Assembly (NCBI RefSeq): GCF_000328665.1
Contig: NC_019977.1
Coordinates: 1,728,011 to 1,792,010 of the forward strand
Reading direction: 5' to 3'
Origin: Methanomethylovorans hollandica DSM 15978
Lineage (GTDB): Archaea; Halobacteriota; Methanosarcinia; Methanosarcinales; Methanosarcinaceae
Length of the DNA: 64,000 bases
This document shows, piece after piece, positions 61,554 to 64,000 of this stretch; position 1 is the stretch's first letter, and each line of letters opens with the position of its first letter. The translations under genes and the position numbers were made by a program. The notes under the pieces are model-generated. The model saw only the letters and a list, made by a program, of their open reading frames with translations. It made no database searches and was not told where the DNA came from.

Positions 61554-62696
61554 CTATTTTCGTAACTTACGATAGATTTTCCAATGAAAAGGCTCTTCTT
61601 TTCGGTATTTTTTGATCTTTGTCCAATCGCTCACCTGTGCGATAAATTCCTCTTTGGACATGCCAATCTGCTGCAAGAACATATCTAGACCCTGAACAGC
61701 CTCCGGATTTTCTGCTTTCTCCAATTCTAATTCAAGAGCTTTTTCTCTTGTCATTTGTCCTAATCTTATTAGGTTGCTGTGATAGAAAGTAGACCCTGTA
61801 ACCTCCGGGAATTTAATAGCGTGTATGTAGAAAGGAATCTCATGCAGAAAACAATCTGTATGTTCAAAGGTCTCCCCGGCTTTTTTCCAGCCCATTTCAC
61901 GTTGTATCGTCTCAAGGATCTCTGTATAATTAGAATCCAGATAATCATATATCCCCACATAGCCCGGAGTGATATGAGCAGGGACGAATTTGTCTTTGAT
62001 GCCCATGAGATTAAGTGCAGCACTTATATAAGACTTATAACCTGCTTTTGCTTCATGCCCCAATAAAGGGGAACAGCTCTTTTCAGCTTCAGTACCTTTA
62101 CATGCATTCTGAAAAACAGTAAGTTCGCCACTTTGAAAAAGCTCGGGAAAACCACTGAGATAGGAAATTCTCCGCCCATTTCCTGTTATTACAATAGGTA
62201 TATTGAAAGCCTTAAGAGGAAAATAACTTACTAATCCTATACCTCGCATGCAGGGAATACATACATGACCACAACTCATAATGAAATGTTTATAGAGTTC
62301 AAGCATTGTTTTCGGATTTATGGCATAATATATATGATCTGCTTTTGTGGCATTTAGTGCATTTTTTATGTTCAGTCTTGCATAGTCTGATAAAAAACCA
62401 TTGTCAAAAGTGATACACAGGCATTTAAGATTGTAGATCTTATCACAAACATAAAGTGCATATGTGCTGTCCTTACCTCCACTCAGGGGGACAAGGCAAT
62501 CGTATTCAGAATTGAGTTTCTTTATCTTTTCAACAATTTGTTCGAATTGTTTTTTCTTAAATTCTTTTTTAATATCCCAATCACCAAATGATCGGTCAAA
62601 ATTGTTACAGTAATTACATACACCCCTCTCATCAAGCTTTACGCTTGGCAAACTGGCCGGCAGGATGCATCGGGAACATCTTAAGATCTCTTCCAA
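61554..62696 (-). CDS. N-acetyl sugar amidotransferase (WbpG-like PP-loop protein)
   Basis: CSRCILP..GVCNYC, SGGKDS, CIPC, IRLGQMTREKAL. Confidence 0.82.
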   Translation of the reverse strand: MEEILRCSRCILPASLPSVKLDERGVCNYCNNFDRSFGDWDIKKEFKKKQFEQIVEKIKKLNSEYDCLVPLSGGKDSTYALYVCDKIYNLKCLCITFDNGFLSDYARLNIKNALNATKADHIYYAINPKTMLELYKHFIMSCGHVCIPCMRGIGLVSYFPLKAFNIPIVITGNGRRISYLSGFPELFQSGELTVFQNACKGTEAEKSCSPLLGHEAKAGYKSYISAALNLMGIKDKFVPAHITPGYVGIYDYLDSNYTEILETIQREMGWKKAGETFEHTDCFLHEIPFYIHAIKFPEVTGSTFYHSNLIRLGQMTREKALELELEKAENPEAVQGLDMFLQQIGMSKEEFIAQVSDWTKIKKYRKEEPFHWKIYRKLRK

Positions 62697-62968
62697 TCAG
62701 ATACCTCCATGGAAAAAAATTAGTAGAAAAACTATGAACGACTAAGAGAGATATAATTTTCCATATACGATGTACTGGAACTACAATTTTACACAAACAT
62801 TATATTCTGAATATTGACCAACCTTAGATATAATGACGGAATAATCCCGGCTCAGATATTACCTCCGAAGATTCAGATTTTTTTATTTTGAATACATAAC
62901 CTCAATATCTGCTCCAGCCAACCTATGAGTAAATTTAAAAAGGACATGGAGTCTAAAAAAGTATAACT

Positions 62969-64000
62969 ATGGAAATAAAAGAACTGGTACATAAGATACA
63001 CTCCTGCGAATGTGAACTTGTGCTTGCTATTACAGGCGGAGGAACTGAGGCAATCGGAGAACTATTGAGATATGGAGGAGGGTCTGCCACTTTACTGGAA
63101 GCGATAGTGCCATACAGCCAGAGTGCACTTGATGCTTTCATTGGCAGGAAGCCAGAAAAATATGCTTCCGCAAGGACCGCGCGGGCAATGGCCATGACCG
63201 CCTTCCAGAAGGCAATAATGCTACAAAGTCCTGAACAAAAAAGATTTGAACATCTTCTGGGTATTGGGGCGACATGTACCCTGGCAAGAAACGGTGAACG
63301 GAAAGAAAGACAGCATGAACTGCATGTGGCAGTACAGTCACTTCAGAATACAACCTCCTATAGCATCTTGTTCTTAGAAAAAAGAGATCGTGAGCATGAA
63401 GAGGCCATAGTGTCCAGGTCGATCATTAACATGATAGCTATATCGTGCCACCAGGATGTCGTAATAACAGACGGGACAGGATTATCTTCTCAGGAAAGAC
63501 CACAAATAAAGCAGGTACAAGCTATTGAGGGGATATCAAACATGCTGTTGCATGAAGCTAACTCATATAATACGCTCCCAAGCTTTGTAAGAATAAGTGG
63601 GCAAGATAGGAATACACATCATTCACACAAAATCATGTTCTCCGGCTCCTTCGATCCTTGCCATAAGAACCATTTGAAAATGGCACGGATAGCGTCCAGA
63701 AAGTATGGTTTACCAGTACATTTTGAGATCTCACTCCTTAATGTAGACAAACCGCCAATAGACTATATCTCACTTGAGGATAGGATATCTTCAATAAAAG
63801 CCCGGTATGAACCTGATTTTATGGGGGACATATTTGTGACAAATGCACCTCTGTTTTCAGAAAAGGCGATCATTTTCCCGGATTCCACTTTTATTGTGGG
63901 CGCCGATACTATGAAGAGACTCTTTGACCCGAAGTATTATCGTCCTGGAGACAACCTCTATTCTCTTCTTGAACATTTCAGGACAAAAGGGATAGATTTT
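62969..64000 (+). CDS. CinA-like N-domain + HxxH nucleotidyltransferase (NMNAT-like) fusion, runs off window end
   Basis: Manual translation MEIKELVHKIH..AITGGGTEA..GGSATLLEAIVPY...FSGSFDPCHKNH..FEISLLNVDKP..FIVGADT..RLFDPKYY. Confidence 0.8.
   Translation, partial: MEIKELVHKIHSCECELVLAITGGGTEAIGELLRYGGGSATLLEAIVPYSQSALDAFIGRKPEKYASARTARAMAMTAFQKAIMLQSPEQKRFEHLLGIGATCTLARNGERKERQHELHVAVQSLQNTTSYSILFLEKRDREHEEAIVSRSIINMIAISCHQDVVITDGTGLSSQERPQIKQVQAIEGISNMLLHEANSYNTLPSFVRISGQDRNTHHSHKIMFSGSFDPCHKNHLKMARIASRKYGLPVHFEISLLNVDKPPIDYISLEDRISSIKARYEPDFMGDIFVTNAPLFSEKAIIFPDSTFIVGADTMKRLFDPKYYRPGDNLYSLLEHFRTKGIDF

Overview
Chromosomal window from a Methanosarcinaceae-type methanogenic archaeon (Methanomethylovorans/Methanolobus-like by gene content: cysteate synthase, ComD/ComE, methanogenesis marker 8, DUF1608 S-layer protein, BHB tRNA intron). 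It is mostly core genome. It holds a Fur/PerR-peroxiredoxin-catalase cluster, a MinD + type IV pilus/T2SS ATPase + 2 TadC-like operon, two-subunit fumarate hydratase, two tRNAs, a coenzyme M biosynthesis operon, a CbbQ/NorQ + giant VWA pair, paaI/paaK, an S-layer protein, a Na,K-ATPase-like P-type ATPase, a ThiC-family gene, topA, cimA-ilvB-ilvN-ilvC and a Wbp-like diacetamido-uronate sugar cluster. I saw no CRISPR array, transposase or integrase. The best leads are: (1) an orphan ABC-ATPase/G3E-GTPase/Fe-S triad inside the CoM operon; (2) an Ile-rich uORF with overlapping hairpins (or an operator-flanked TATA box) before cimA-ilvBNC; (3) a ~100-nt promoter-preceded stem-loop sRNA candidate with an exposed anti-SD motif; (4) a CbbQ/VWA chaperone pair with a large helical-repeat adaptor and no client nearby; (5) a Gly/Ser-Phe-Arg low-complexity zinc-finger protein with a long structured leader; (6) several small proteins missed by the ORF track. 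All annotation comes from reading motifs by eye; no searches were run.
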